Made by a program: the position numbers and the translations under genes. Below, piece by piece: positions 16,645 to 26,588 of a stretch of 64,000 nt of DNA. The stretch comes from Candidatus Parcubacteria bacterium (GTDB taxonomy: Bacteria > Patescibacteriota > Minisyncoccia > Phycocordibacterales > UBA5272), in contig JBDKJD010000003.1 in NCBI GenBank assembly GCA_039796775.1, positions 12,697 through 76,696 on the forward strand. The letters run 5' to 3'. The stretch's first letter is position 1. Each line of letters opens with the position of its first letter. The notes beneath the pieces were generated by a model. That model worked only from the letters and a program-made list of their open reading frames with translations, had not been told where the DNA came from and searched no databases.

Positions 16645-19200
16645 CTAATTACGCAAGTATTTATATTCCTCACAATCACATTTCTTCACTTTCTTTCCAC
16701 TACCACATGGACATGGGTCATTACGTCCTGCTTTCACCTTAGTATCTACGCCTGCTGTATTCTTATCAGCACCCGGGGCGTCAGGAATGACTTGTACGAA
16801 ATCATTCTGCATGCGCGCCTGCTGTGAAGCAAAGAAAGCGTCGATATTATCCAAGAATGAAATAAGTTCATGCTTAAGCGTATTCTCAAGTGATCTAAAT
16901 GCTCGCAATCCCTCTTTCTTGTATTCGACAAGCGGATCTCGCTGGCCATATGCTCTTAAGTTCACTGAACTACGAAGATGTTCCATTTGATCAAGATGTT
17001 CCATCCAAAGCGTATCAATAACCTGAAGCATCATGATACGGAATATGTGATGTACCGCTCCTTTGGTGTACTTCTCTTCTTTGTCTTTAATAAGCGTTTC
17101 TAGCTCAGGCTTAATAGCTATAAGTTCTTCAAAGACTTCATTAACAATACTTTCATCACCAAAAAGAATTCTTCTACGTTTTTTATAAATACTAGTGCGC
17201 TGATGATTGAGGACATCGTCATACTGAAGAGTGTGCTTGCGTGTATCGAAGTGAAATCCTTCTATCTTCTCTTGAGCGCCCTCTAGCGCACGAGATACGA
17301 GACGTGACTCAATAGGCTCATCTTCTGGGATACCAAAGCGGCCCATCATCGCTTTTATGTTATCTGATCCGAATACTCTCATAAGATCATCCTCAAGTGA
17401 GACAAAGAATTGTGTCTCACCTTTATCTCCTTGACGACCCGAACGACCTCTCAACTGATTGTCGATACGACGAGCTTCGTGACGCTCTGTACCTATAACA
17501 AAGAGCCCTCCGAGCGCTATCACTTCTTCTTTCTCGGCATCAGTCGCACTTGGTCCACCTAGCTTAATATCAACTCCACGTCCTGCCATGTTGGTAGCTA
17601 TAGTGACAGCACCACGAAGTCCGGCATTAGCGACTATCTCTCCTTCCTTCTCATGATTCTTGGCATTAAGTACAGAGTGAGGCACGCCTTCTCGTTCTAG
17701 ATACTTAGAAATAGCTTCGTTCTTTTCGATAGAGATGGTACCGATGAGAACTGGCTGCCCTTTCTCATGAAGCTCTTTGACTTTCTTTGCAAGCGCTTTC
17801 CATTTACCTTTCTCAGTCTGGAATATAAGATCTGAATGATCAATTCTATTAATCGGATTATGCGTAGGCACTGGTGTTACCACTAGTCCGTACACTTTAT
17901 AGAACTCTTCCTTAGAGGTCTCAGCTGTTCCTGTCATCCCTGCGAGCTTCTCATAAAAACGGAAGTAGTTTTGAAAGGTAATAGAAGCAAGGGTGCGAGA
18001 CTCTTGTTCAATTTTTACCCCTTCCTTTGCTTCAACTGCTTGATGAAGACCATCTGACCAGCGACGTCCTGGCTGCATACGTCCAGTGAACTCGTCGACT
18101 ATAATTACCTCTCCATCACGTACCACATACTCACGCTCACGTGCAAAAAGCGCCTCTGCTCTCACCGCTGTTTCAAGATGATGAACATACTTCATCCCTT
18201 CTACTGAATAGATATTAGAAATACCGAGCTTCTCTTCTGCTTTGTTGATACCGGATTCTGTGAGAGTGATTGCTCTTTGCTTCTCATCTACTGTGTAGTC
18301 TTCGTCTTTTACTAATGTCCTAGCAATCTTAGCGAACGTAACATACATCTCACTTGATTCTTGTGCGGGAGCAGAGATAATAAGCGGCGTACGAGCTTCG
18401 TCTATTAAGATGGAGTCGATTTCGTCAACGATTGCATAATGATGCTTACGTTGTGAAAGTTGATCTTTGTTATAGCCGATATTGTCTCTCAAATAATCAA
18501 AGCCAAATTCATTGTTAGTCCCATATGTAATATCTGCTAGATACGCCTCTTGGCGAGTGCAGGGCTTCAAGTAGTCGTAGACAATTTTGTATGAACCAAC
18601 ATCGTCACGCTCTTCGTCATCTGCTTTTTTATCTTTGTCTTCTGTTTCAGCGCTGTCATAAAGATATGATGATTGATGATTAATCACAGAAACAGTAAGC
18701 CCGAGAGCATCAAACACTTGCCCCATCCACACAGCATCTCGACGTGAAAGATAATCATTCACTGTAACAACATGCACGCCGCGACCAGAGAGAGCGTTAA
18801 GATACGCAGGAAGTGTAGCAACGAGAGTCTTTCCTTCACCTGTTCTCATTTCAGAAATATTACCCTCATGAAGAAGGATGCCTCCAATTACCTGTACACG
18901 ATAATGCATCATGTGAAGCGTGCGACGTGAGGACTCACGTACTAGAGCAAAAGCAAGAGGAAGTACTTCGTGTAAAACTTTCTTTTCCTCATGTTTTAAC
19001 TCATCTCCTTCTTTACCTTCGAGCTTGCCAATTACTTCTTTCTTAAGAGAAAGCCCTCTTTCCTTTAATTCTTCATCTGAAAGAGCTTTTAGCTCCTCCT
19101 CATATGAAAAAACCTTATCTACTAAAGGAAGAAGTTTCTTGATAGTCTTCTTAGACTCATCGGGGAAAAACTTTTCTAAAAATGGTATTCCAAGTGACAT
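16645..19200 (-). CDS. secA: Preprotein translocase ATPase SecA
   Basis: EMRTGEGKT, VDEIDSILIDEARTPLIIS, NQLRGRSGRQGD, GRNDPCPCGSGKK. Confidence 0.98.
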   Translation of the reverse strand: MSLGIPFLEKFFPDESKKTIKKLLPLVDKVFSYEEELKALSDEELKERGLSLKKEVIGKLEGKEGDELKHEEKKVLHEVLPLAFALVRESSRRTLHMMHYRVQVIGGILLHEGNISEMRTGEGKTLVATLPAYLNALSGRGVHVVTVNDYLSRRDAVWMGQVFDALGLTVSVINHQSSYLYDSAETEDKDKKADDEERDDVGSYKIVYDYLKPCTRQEAYLADITYGTNNEFGFDYLRDNIGYNKDQLSQRKHHYAIVDEIDSILIDEARTPLIISAPAQESSEMYVTFAKIARTLVKDEDYTVDEKQRAITLTESGINKAEEKLGISNIYSVEGMKYVHHLETAVRAEALFAREREYVVRDGEVIIVDEFTGRMQPGRRWSDGLHQAVEAKEGVKIEQESRTLASITFQNYFRFYEKLAGMTGTAETSKEEFYKVYGLVVTPVPTHNPINRIDHSDLIFQTEKGKWKALAKKVKELHEKGQPVLIGTISIEKNEAISKYLEREGVPHSVLNAKNHEKEGEIVANAGLRGAVTIATNMAGRGVDIKLGGPSATDAEKEEVIALGGLFVIGTERHEARRIDNQLRGRSGRQGDKGETQFFVSLEDDLMRVFGSDNIKAMMGRFGIPEDEPIESRLVSRALEGAQEKIEGFHFDTRKHTLQYDDVLNHQRTSIYKKRRRILFGDESIVNEVFEELIAIKPELETLIKDKEEKYTKGAVHHIFRIMMLQVIDTLWMEHLDQMEHLRSSVNLRAYGQRDPLVEYKKEGLRAFRSLENTLKHELISFLDNIDAFFASQQARMQNDFVQVIPDAPGADKNTAGVDTKVKAGRNDPCPCGSGKKVKKCDCEEYKYLRN

Positions 19201-19235
19201 AATCAGGCAATTATACCATAAATAGAGCTTAGTTG

Positions 19236-19565
19236 TTAGATGCTTGATTTTAGATTTTCTTTATATTCTGTAATCTTGTCGACGATATCTGGCCGGAGTT
19301 CTTGATCTGTTATTATTCTATACCCAGTTGATTTCCACCCCCACGCACTACTGTTAGAAATAGTATTTTTGGGAATAGTGCCTGCAGCTATAACTCGCCA
19401 TCCTGTTTTGCCCAGATGGGCACTGACCAGGTCTTTATGATATATAACCGCACCCAAAAGTAGATCATCACTTTCAAGTAGAGGAAACTTTTCCTGTGCA
19501 GATTCATCACATGAAAGCACTCCAAGGTATACGATATTCATTTTCAAATAAATATCCGTACGCAA
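19236..19565 (-). CDS. Hypothetical protein
   Basis: ORF track only; start uncertain. Confidence 0.5.
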   Translation of the reverse strand: MRTDIYLKMNIVYLGVLSCDESAQEKFPLLESDDLLLGAVIYHKDLVSAHLGKTGWRVIAAGTIPKNTISNSSAWGWKSTGYRIITDQELRPDIVDKITEYKENLKSSI

Positions 19566-19567
19566 AA

Positions 19568-19599
19568 CAAAAACACTCCATGGGAGTGGAGTGTTTTTG
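19568..19599 (-). terminator. Intrinsic terminator after the H1-like peptide gene
   Basis: CAAAAACACTCCA-tgggag-TGGAGTGTTTTTG. Confidence 0.7.
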
Positions 19600-19610
19600 C
19601 GACTTGCGTA

Positions 19611-19724
19611 CTATGCACGCTTTGCTGTCTTCTTTGCGGCTTTCTTCTTTGGAGCAGCTTTCTTCACAGCCTTCTTGACTGCTTTCTTAGCTACTTTCTT
19701 TACCGCTTTCTTTTTTGCTGCCAT
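19611..19724 (-). CDS. 37-aa histone H1/Hc1-like Lys/Ala-rich peptide
   Basis: Manual translation MAAKKKAVKKVAKKAVKKAVKKAAPKKKAAKKTAKRA; varied synonymous codons; followed by a terminator. Confidence 0.8.
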   Translation of the reverse strand: MAAKKKAVKKVAKKAVKKAVKKAAPKKKAAKKTAKRA

Positions 19725-19919
19725 AAAATTTTTATTATGCAAATAAGAGAGTTCTAATAAATTTTGATCACGACCAATGATCAGTACTCTCTATGCATAA
19801 GTATGACATTCATACATAGACACACAAGTATAATTAAAATTATTTCTGTGGATAACTTACTAAAAATATTTTTATTGTCATGTTTCGTTTATGCAAATGC
19901 GAAGAAGTCGCAAAAATAG

Positions 19920-20009
19920 TTGCTAGTTACTAGTTTGTAGTTAATAGATAATACAAGAACTGGCACCCCAATGGGTGCCAGTTCTTGCTAGTAACCAGTA
20001 ACTAGTAAC
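19920..20009. repeat. Inverted heptamer arrays (TAG-type / CTA-type) around a hairpin
   Basis: TTGCTAG TTACTAG TTTGTAG TTAATAG, then AATACAA and hairpin CAAGAACTGGCACCC/GGGTGCCAGTTCTTG, then CTAGTAA CCAGTAA CTAGTAA. Confidence 0.7.
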
Positions 20010-20011
20010 AA

Positions 20012-20566
20012 TTAACTAGCGGCCATTGCTCCGTAGCTGTGCTTCTTGGCTGTGCATCTACATCCATATGGCGCAATATGTTCCTTTACGAATTCTTCTC
20101 CGTAATCATAAACAATTTCATCGCCCTCTTTGATATTTTTGATAGCACGTATAAAGACACGACCCTTTTTAATTTCACTTTCTGCGTTAGCTGCCTCCTC
20201 ACACGCATGATTACAGTAGCGCGCAATATTCCATCTTGGAGTACCGTCAATTGTTCTATTACGTGTAACTTCGAAGAGATACTGACTTGTTGCTTTTTTG
20301 TCAGCTTGTTCTTTGTTAAGAATCTCTCCGATGTATTCAATGATGAGTTCCCCTTTCTTGATATCTTCACCTGCGAAGAGACCTAAGCCTGCTAAGCCGC
20401 GCTTTGCTTTTACTTTTTTAAAATGATGATCCGGCAACTTTTCTGTTACTTCTTTTGTTGTCCCTTTTTTTGACACAGTCTTTGCAACTTTCTTTGTAAT
20501 CTTTTTCTCTACTTCCTGTGAGAGCTTTCCTCCTTTCTTTAAAATCTTTGATTGTTTATCTAACAT
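20012..20566 (-). CDS. SET-domain protein-lysine methyltransferase
   Basis: GLGLFA...IIEYIGE, NIARYCNHAC, IKEGDEIVYDYG, post-SET CRC; Lys-rich N-terminus. Confidence 0.92.
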   Translation of the reverse strand: MLDKQSKILKKGGKLSQEVEKKITKKVAKTVSKKGTTKEVTEKLPDHHFKKVKAKRGLAGLGLFAGEDIKKGELIIEYIGEILNKEQADKKATSQYLFEVTRNRTIDGTPRWNIARYCNHACEEAANAESEIKKGRVFIRAIKNIKEGDEIVYDYGEEFVKEHIAPYGCRCTAKKHSYGAMAAS

Positions 20567-20637
20567 AATGAAAATAAGGATACTATATATATAGAGACCT
20601 CAGCAATAGAATATAAATATGGTAGTATTCTTTATAT

Positions 20638-22764
20638 ATGAAACAAGTTCCAGAGAAACTATTACAACCATATAATGCACAAGAGATAGAGCCCGGTCTT
20701 TACAAGACGTGGGAAGACTCTGGGTACTTTAACCCGGACAATCTTCCTGGCGAGAGAAAAGAGGCTTTTACTGTTGTCATGCCACCTCCGAACGCTAACG
20801 GCTCTCTTCACGCCGGGCACGCACTCTTTGTGACGATCCAGGATATTTTAATCAGATACCACAGAATGAATGGCAAGAATGCCCTGTGGCTCCCCGGCTC
20901 TGATCATGCAGGTTTTGAGACACAAGTTGTGTATGAGAAGAAGCTAGAGAAAGAAGGGCGTTCACGTTTTGATATGAAGAGAGAGGACCTTTATAAAGAG
21001 ATTCTCGACTTTACCCTCTCCAACAAATCCTTTATGGAAGGGCAACTACGACAACTCGGGGCATCATGTGATTGGTCTCGCTCTCTGTTTACGCTAGATG
21101 AAAGAGTTATTAAGACTGTATATAATACTTTTTCTAAACTAAATGAAGATGGTCTACTTTATAGAGGAAAGCGTATCGTTAACTGGTGTCCGAAACATCA
21201 GACGTCTCTATCTAACCTAGAAACATCTCACGTAACCCGTAAGGACCCGTTCTATTATTTTAAATACGGACCGTTCACGATTGGAACTGTTAGACCTGAA
21301 ACAAAATTTGGTGACAAGTATGTCGTGATGCATCCCGATGATGCGCGTTATAAAGAATTTGCTCATGGGCAAAAGATAACTGTTGAGTGGATTAACGGAC
21401 CAATCGAAGCAACAATCATTAAAGATGAGACGAGTGACCCAGAATTCGGAACGGGTGTTATGACTATCACACCGTGGCACTCTGGTGTCGACTTTGACAT
21501 TGCTAAGCGTCACAACCTTGATATGGAGCAGATTATAGATGAGCGCGGAAAGTTGCTCCCTGTTGCAGGAGAATTCGCTGGGATGAACATAAAAGATGCT
21601 CGTGCGAAGATTGTAGAAAAGCTAGAGAGTAAAGGACTACTTGTTAAGACTGACACCGAATATTCCCATGAAGTTTCTGTTTGTTATAAATGTGAACGCG
21701 AGATAGAACCTCAAGTGAAAGCCCAATGGTTCGTAACTATGAAACCACTTGCTGAGAAGGCGGTGAGCGCACTTGATAAGGGCGAATTCAGAATCCTTAC
21801 CGACCAGCATGAGAAAGTTTTCCGTCACTGGATGGGTAACGTACAGGACTGGAACATCTCACGTCAGATTGTGTGGGGGATTCCAATACCGGCTAAGATA
21901 TGTGACGCCTGTGATAAAGGTTTCGTAGACATCGCGGGCGAGAAGGCTTCCTGTGAATCATGTGGAGGGCAATTACGTCAAGAAGCTGATACCTTTGATA
22001 CATGGTTCTCATCAGGACAATGGCCGTTGACGACGACAGGATTCCCTGATGGCGACGACTTTAAGAAGTTTTATCCAACTGCGGTGATGGAAACCGCAGC
22101 TGATATTCTTTTCTTCTGGGTTGCTCGCATGGTAATGTTTGGCCTCTACCTGACTAATGAAGTGCCATTTAAAGACATCTACCTACACGGACTTGTTCGT
22201 GATGCGCACGGAAAGAAGATGAGTAAGAGTAAAGGTAACGTCATTTCCCCTCTTGAAGTATCTAATGAGTACGGGACAGATGCACTAAGAATGGGACTCA
22301 TTGTGAATAACGCACCAGGTGTCGACATGAACCTCGACCCGAAAAAAGTAGGTGCCTATAAAAAATTTGCCAACAAAATCTGGAATGCCACGCGCTTCGT
22401 ACTCGAAAAGACAACTGACTACGAAGAATCAGATACTGCGTTTACAAAAGAAGACCAAGAACTCTACGATGCTTGGATCGTTGTAAAGAATGATATTACC
22501 TCCGACCTAGAGAACTATCGTCTTCATCTCGCATCAGAAAAGATATATGACTACTTCTGGAAAACATTCTGTGACAGTATTATAGAAACTAGAAAAACAA
22601 GAATTCTTGAGGATAAAGAAAAGACCAGTGCCCAGAAACTTCTTCTTATACTTCTTCGAGAGCAACTCATTGTACTCCACCCGTTCATGCCTTTTATTAC
22701 AGAAGAAATTTGGAAGGATATTAAGAGAGAAGATGATGAGATGCTTCTGGTGACAAGATGGTAG
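20638..22764 (+). CDS. valS: Valyl-tRNA synthetase (short form, no C-terminal coiled coil)
   Basis: PPPNANGSLHAGH, DWNISRQIVWG, DTWFSS, KMSKS, LHPFMPFITEE. Confidence 0.97.
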   Translation: MKQVPEKLLQPYNAQEIEPGLYKTWEDSGYFNPDNLPGERKEAFTVVMPPPNANGSLHAGHALFVTIQDILIRYHRMNGKNALWLPGSDHAGFETQVVYEKKLEKEGRSRFDMKREDLYKEILDFTLSNKSFMEGQLRQLGASCDWSRSLFTLDERVIKTVYNTFSKLNEDGLLYRGKRIVNWCPKHQTSLSNLETSHVTRKDPFYYFKYGPFTIGTVRPETKFGDKYVVMHPDDARYKEFAHGQKITVEWINGPIEATIIKDETSDPEFGTGVMTITPWHSGVDFDIAKRHNLDMEQIIDERGKLLPVAGEFAGMNIKDARAKIVEKLESKGLLVKTDTEYSHEVSVCYKCEREIEPQVKAQWFVTMKPLAEKAVSALDKGEFRILTDQHEKVFRHWMGNVQDWNISRQIVWGIPIPAKICDACDKGFVDIAGEKASCESCGGQLRQEADTFDTWFSSGQWPLTTTGFPDGDDFKKFYPTAVMETAADILFFWVARMVMFGLYLTNEVPFKDIYLHGLVRDAHGKKMSKSKGNVISPLEVSNEYGTDALRMGLIVNNAPGVDMNLDPKKVGAYKKFANKIWNATRFVLEKTTDYEESDTAFTKEDQELYDAWIVVKNDITSDLENYRLHLASEKIYDYFWKTFCDSIIETRKTRILEDKEKTSAQKLLLILLREQLIVLHPFMPFITEEIWKDIKREDDEMLLVTRW

Positions 22765-22771
22765 AATACAA

Positions 22772-22869
22772 CCTTTAGCTCTTAGCTGTTAGTATTTAGC
22801 AAATACAAAACTTCATACTTAGAGTATTCTTCTGTTTTACGCTAAGAGCTCATCGCTAAAAGCTAACAG
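22772..22869. repeat. Inverted heptamer arrays
   Basis: CCTTTAG CTCTTAG CTGTTAG TATTTAG-ca-AATACAA...CTAAGAG CTCATCG CTAAAAG CTAACAG. Confidence 0.75.
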
Positions 22870-22955
22870 CTGCACATCTGTGGATTACTTTCGTTTTACT
22901 TAACAAAATACGTATATACTAGATCTATACACACCTAGGTCTTAATTATTTACGT

Positions 22956-23516
22956 ATGCTTAAAGAAAAAAAATCATTTTTTGAACGACTTGCAGGTTCT
23001 ATTTCAGTTGAAGAAGACGAAGATCAAATAGAATTTCAACCAGAGCAAGACGATGAAAAGGAAGAGATGACTCCAGTGCGCCAAGCAGCTCCATCAAGAG
23101 CAGCTTCTCCTGCTATTACACACGCAACTCTCCCAACGAGATCAAAGATTCATCACATCGAAGAAGAGGAAGAAGAGCCTGTAGAAGAAGGTGAGCTTTC
23201 CGTAGATGTTTATCAGACACAGAACGAGATCATCATAGAAGCTATGGTAGCTGGAGTTAAGCCTGAAGACCTTCATATCTCTATTACTCGTGATATGGTG
23301 ACAGTACGTGGAAGACGTGATGGTAACACATCTGTTGGTCATGATGATTATTTTTATAAAGAACTTTATTGGGGAACATTTACTAGAACAATACTTCTTC
23401 CTCATGAAGTAGAGATAGAAGAAGCAGAGGCCGTAGAGAAGCATGGACTTTTAATACTCAGACTTCCAAAAGTCGACAAAGCCCGTCAAACAAAACTAAA
23501 AGTAAAAAGTATCTAA
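22956..23516 (+). CDS. Hsp20/alpha-crystallin small heat-shock protein
   Basis: VDVYQT...ELYWGTFTRTILLP...GLLILRLPK. Confidence 0.92.
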   Translation: MLKEKKSFFERLAGSISVEEDEDQIEFQPEQDDEKEEMTPVRQAAPSRAASPAITHATLPTRSKIHHIEEEEEEPVEEGELSVDVYQTQNEIIIEAMVAGVKPEDLHISITRDMVTVRGRRDGNTSVGHDDYFYKELYWGTFTRTILLPHEVEIEEAEAVEKHGLLILRLPKVDKARQTKLKVKSI

Positions 23517-23586
23517 ACCACACGTACCGATCAATGATCGGTACTTTGTTATGTAGTGTTTATAAAAAATTTAATACAATCTCATT

Positions 23587-23814
23587 ATGAAAGATACATG
23601 TCACGAAAATCACGGTAGATCTATTGGTAAAGCAATCAGCTATAGAGTGGTGAGTATTATTGCAGACCTCGCTCTTGTATTTATTTTAACCAGAAAGATA
23701 GAACTAACGCTTGGTATAGTATTACTCAGTAATACAGCAAGTGTATTCATTTATTATTTCCATGAGCGTGCTTGGAATAATATTCACTTAGGAAGACGAC
23801 CTAAGTCAGAATAA
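23587..23814 (+). CDS. DUF2061 family membrane protein
   Basis: RSIGKAISYR...YYFHERAW. Confidence 0.85.
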   Translation: MKDTCHENHGRSIGKAISYRVVSIIADLALVFILTRKIELTLGIVLLSNTASVFIYYFHERAWNNIHLGRRPKSE

Positions 23815-23842
23815 CAAAATCCCCTTACGGGGATTTTGTTAT
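23811..23842. terminator. Terminator-like hairpin with stem identical to the hairpin at 25178-25210
   Basis: ATAACAAAATCCCC-ttac-GGGGATTTTGTTAT. Confidence 0.75.
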
Positions 23843-23868
23843 TCCCAAACTCTCTCTACAGAGTATTA

Positions 23869-24687
23869 TTATGGGATAGTGACACTTGTAGTGTTAGAAT
23901 ACGCGGAGAATCCTCCTGTGTTAAATGCTCTTACTTTGTAATAATAGGTAGTGCCGCTCACTACACCGAAATTATTATTTGAAGTAACTCCAGCTGTTGT
24001 AGAAGCAACAACAGAGAAGGAAATATTATCTAAACTTCTTTCCAATAAAAACCCTGTTTCATTATTTGAATTATCAATCCAAGTAGAGGATACATAGGTT
24101 GAAGTGCCTGTTGTTACAACTGAAGATGATAACCCACTAGGAGCTATAGGTGCAGCAGGAGTATAGGTAATTACAGTTTGTATATTACTAAGACGAGCCC
24201 CTCCTGTGCCTGATGTATAGACAGCCCCTACTTCAAAAGTGGTGGAGGCATCCTTGACGATAGAGAGTCCTGAGAAATTAGTAGCAGTAAGCACTGTTGG
24301 TGTAGTACCTGAAAGTGAGTAACTTCCAGTATCAGCACTATCTGAACCATTTACTCTATAAAAAAGATTCATCGTTGATGCTCCAGAACTTTTATTCTTT
24401 GAAGCGCAAGGAGTTATAGCAACTGCTGTTATCGTTGATCCGTCTGGTATAGAACTGAGCGAAATACCAAAAGAGTCTCTTGATCCTGTAACTGTAGTGC
24501 GTACGTAATCAGTTAATCCATTACATGAAGACTCGTCAACTAATGTGTAATGAGTCGATCCAGTTGATGGGGTCCAAGCGTTATATGTACCAACAGAACT
24601 AGGGAAAAGTGCAGACGTTACTAAAGCAGAAGCAATCATAAGACTACTTAACAAAACCCCTGACGTGATAATTTTATTTTTTAACAT
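23869..24687 (-). CDS. Secreted Ser/Thr-rich protein with C-terminal fibronectin type III domain
   Basis: Signal peptide; APIAPSGL...WIDNSNNETGFLLERS...YYYKVRAFN-x-GG-x-SAYSN. Confidence 0.85.
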   Translation of the reverse strand: MLKNKIITSGVLLSSLMIASALVTSALFPSSVGTYNAWTPSTGSTHYTLVDESSCNGLTDYVRTTVTGSRDSFGISLSSIPDGSTITAVAITPCASKNKSSGASTMNLFYRVNGSDSADTGSYSLSGTTPTVLTATNFSGLSIVKDASTTFEVGAVYTSGTGGARLSNIQTVITYTPAAPIAPSGLSSSVVTTGTSTYVSSTWIDNSNNETGFLLERSLDNISFSVVASTTAGVTSNNNFGVVSGTTYYYKVRAFNTGGFSAYSNTTSVTIP

Positions 24688-24877
24688 GTACTATATACAA
24701 TTAATTCTTTTAATATTAAAAGTATAGTCTATCTGAGTAATTAAAGAAGTGCATATACCTCATTCAACTATCTTTTGTAAAAGATAGGTGAAATTTATTT
24801 TGTTGGAGTAGATAGATGACTAGTCATTACTTTGATATTTTGTGTATACAAATATGCTTGACCACGGATTACTGATA

Positions 24878-25409
24878 GTGCTTGGACCCAGGCTCAATCA
24901 ACATTCGCTATCGCTCATGTTGATTTTAAGAACCACTCGGTTCTTAACGCTTCGCTTTATTTGAGAAATCAATGGACCTAGGCTCGGTCATTACTTTGGT
25001 ATTTTATGTCGTAACTTCGTTACTCATAAAACACTCAAAGTTTTGACCTAAAGAAAAACCGACAAGTAAACAAGTCACAAAAATAAGGAGCTCAATTTTT
25101 ATGACTTGTTTACTTGTATACCGGTTTTCCGTTCGAGCCTGTCGGGCAACACTTCGGTGTTGCTCTGTCCAAGCACCATAACAAAATCCCCTTAACGGGG
25201 ATTTTGTTATGGTGCTTGGACCCAGGCTCTCCGACAAGTATTTGTTCGCCGCCGCTCACAAATCTCGCCGGCCACTCCTCGCCATCGCGCGTGCTCGCTC
25301 GATAAGGCTCCGGCTTTCTCGCCTGTCGATTGTGACGCAGGTCACAATCTCTCCTTCGCAGCAAACACTAAAATACCACCTTTATGAAAAGGTGGTATTT
25401 TAGTGTTTG
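24878..25409 (-). repeat. Array of tRNA-Phe 3'-end copies interleaved with hairpin elements
   Basis: GTGCTTGGACCCAGGCTC at 24878-24895 and 25212-25229, partial copy at 24973-24985, inverted interrupted copy at 25131-25177; core element at 24986-25130. Confidence 0.85.
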
Positions 25410-25482
25410 TGCTTGGACCCAGGCTCGAACTGGGGACCTATTCCTCTTCAGGGAAGCGCTCTACCAACTGAGCTATCCAAGC
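25410..25482 (-). tRNA. tRNA-Phe(GAA)
   Basis: GCTTGGA acceptor stem, AGCTCAGTTGGTAGAGC D arm, anticodon loop CTGAAGA, GTTCGAGCC T arm; CCA not encoded. Confidence 0.95.
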
Positions 25483-25532
25483 TTACTTATTAGGCAATTC
25501 TACCACAAAAAGTATCGACTTTCAAAGCGGTA

Positions 25533-25862
25533 CTACTCTCCGCTTGTCGCTGATTTTTTGAGACCTTCTATCAATGTATTGATAAGTTTTGCTTCTGGAA
25601 GATTACTATTAAGAGCGTTGAGCTGATTGATTGTTGTCTGTAATTTAGTTCCATTTTCTTGTAGATAAGAGACAGCTGGACGAATATAATAATACGCTCC
25701 ACCAATAGCACCAAGAATAACCACCCAATATAGTAAACGGAAAGCACTAGAGACATACTGCTGTCGTCGTAGTGACTGAAGAATGTCATGATTCTCAAGA
25801 GTCATTTCATAGACCAAATCTAACTTTTCTTCATTGGTGAGTTTTTTGTTAAGCATATGCAT
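25533..25862 (-). CDS. Hypothetical single-pass membrane protein
   Basis: Coiled N-terminus (LENHDIL-x-x-LRR) plus one TM segment. Confidence 0.75.
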   Translation of the reverse strand: MHMLNKKLTNEEKLDLVYEMTLENHDILQSLRRQQYVSSAFRLLYWVVILGAIGGAYYYIRPAVSYLQENGTKLQTTINQLNALNSNLPEAKLINTLIEGLKKSATSGE

Positions 25863-25931
25863 AATAGTATATCCTACTTACCCTCTCATCAAAAGAATAA
25901 ATATGTTAGAATCGAAACTACACAAATAAAA

Positions 25932-26003
25932 GCTCTCGTAGTTCAATGGATAGAACAGTCCCGTCCTAAGGGATTAATGTGGGTTCGATTCCTGCCGAGA
26001 GCA
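25932..26003 (+). tRNA. tRNA-Arg(CCT)
   Basis: GCTCTCG/CGAGAGC acceptor, GTTC-AATGGATA-GAAC D arm, GTCCC-GTCCTAA-GGGAT anticodon arm, GTTCGATT T loop. Confidence 0.92.
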
Positions 26004-26046
26004 CAACCATGTGAGATAGACTGAAATGTTTATGAAGTAATTGAAT

Positions 26047-26454
26047 CTACTCTTTTGGATTTTCAAACCTTAAAATTCTATTCGCATCATCATCCCTTTT
26101 TCTTTGTTGAGTAAGTGTTTGTAGTTGAGCAAGATAAATGTCTACCCAATCTAACAGTACCCTTTTTTCTGTTTCTGAAGTATTTGCTTCCGTCATTGAA
26201 AAAATAATAAGAGTGATGTCAATCATTTCTCCACGAGAGAAATGCTCTGTTGCGAGAGATGCAGCAGATTCTTTGTTTACCAAACCAAAATTCATCTGTT
26301 TATACAGCTCCAAAATAGCGTTTGCTGTAGCTTCTTTGTTGTTCATCACTTGATCAACGTCGATTAGATCCATTGTTGCTTTTCTTTGATCCTCAGTTCT
26401 ATGTTCTCTTCTTGGTTGACCAGGGTCACTTGGATTCAATTGTATTGGAGGCAT
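26047..26454 (-). CDS. Hypothetical protein
   Basis: 135 aa ORF between tRNA-Arg and its downstream repeat element. Confidence 0.65.
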   Translation of the reverse strand: MPPIQLNPSDPGQPRREHRTEDQRKATMDLIDVDQVMNNKEATANAILELYKQMNFGLVNKESAASLATEHFSRGEMIDITLIIFSMTEANTSETEKRVLLDWVDIYLAQLQTLTQQRKRDDDANRILRFENPKE

Positions 26455-26588
26455 ATTTTTAAGTATATCAAAAATGTAAGCATATTTTTTAGAAAATACC
26501 CATGACCGGGTGGGGTCAAAATAGATTTTCTAAAATCGCCAGGGAATCCTTACGGGGCTTGATTGTATACATTCCGAGACTTGGCAAC

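Noticed and set aside
19847-19855. DnaA box TGTGGATAA as oriC
   Set aside because: A single perfect box, with no cluster and no dnaA/dnaN nearby.
24878-25430. CRISPR array
   Set aside because: The repeats are tRNA 3'-end copies with irregular, structured spacers, and no cas genes are in the window.
25004-25626. ORFs overlapping the tRNA-Phe array
   Set aside because: Products of GC-rich palindromes and the tRNA sequence, with no protein motifs.
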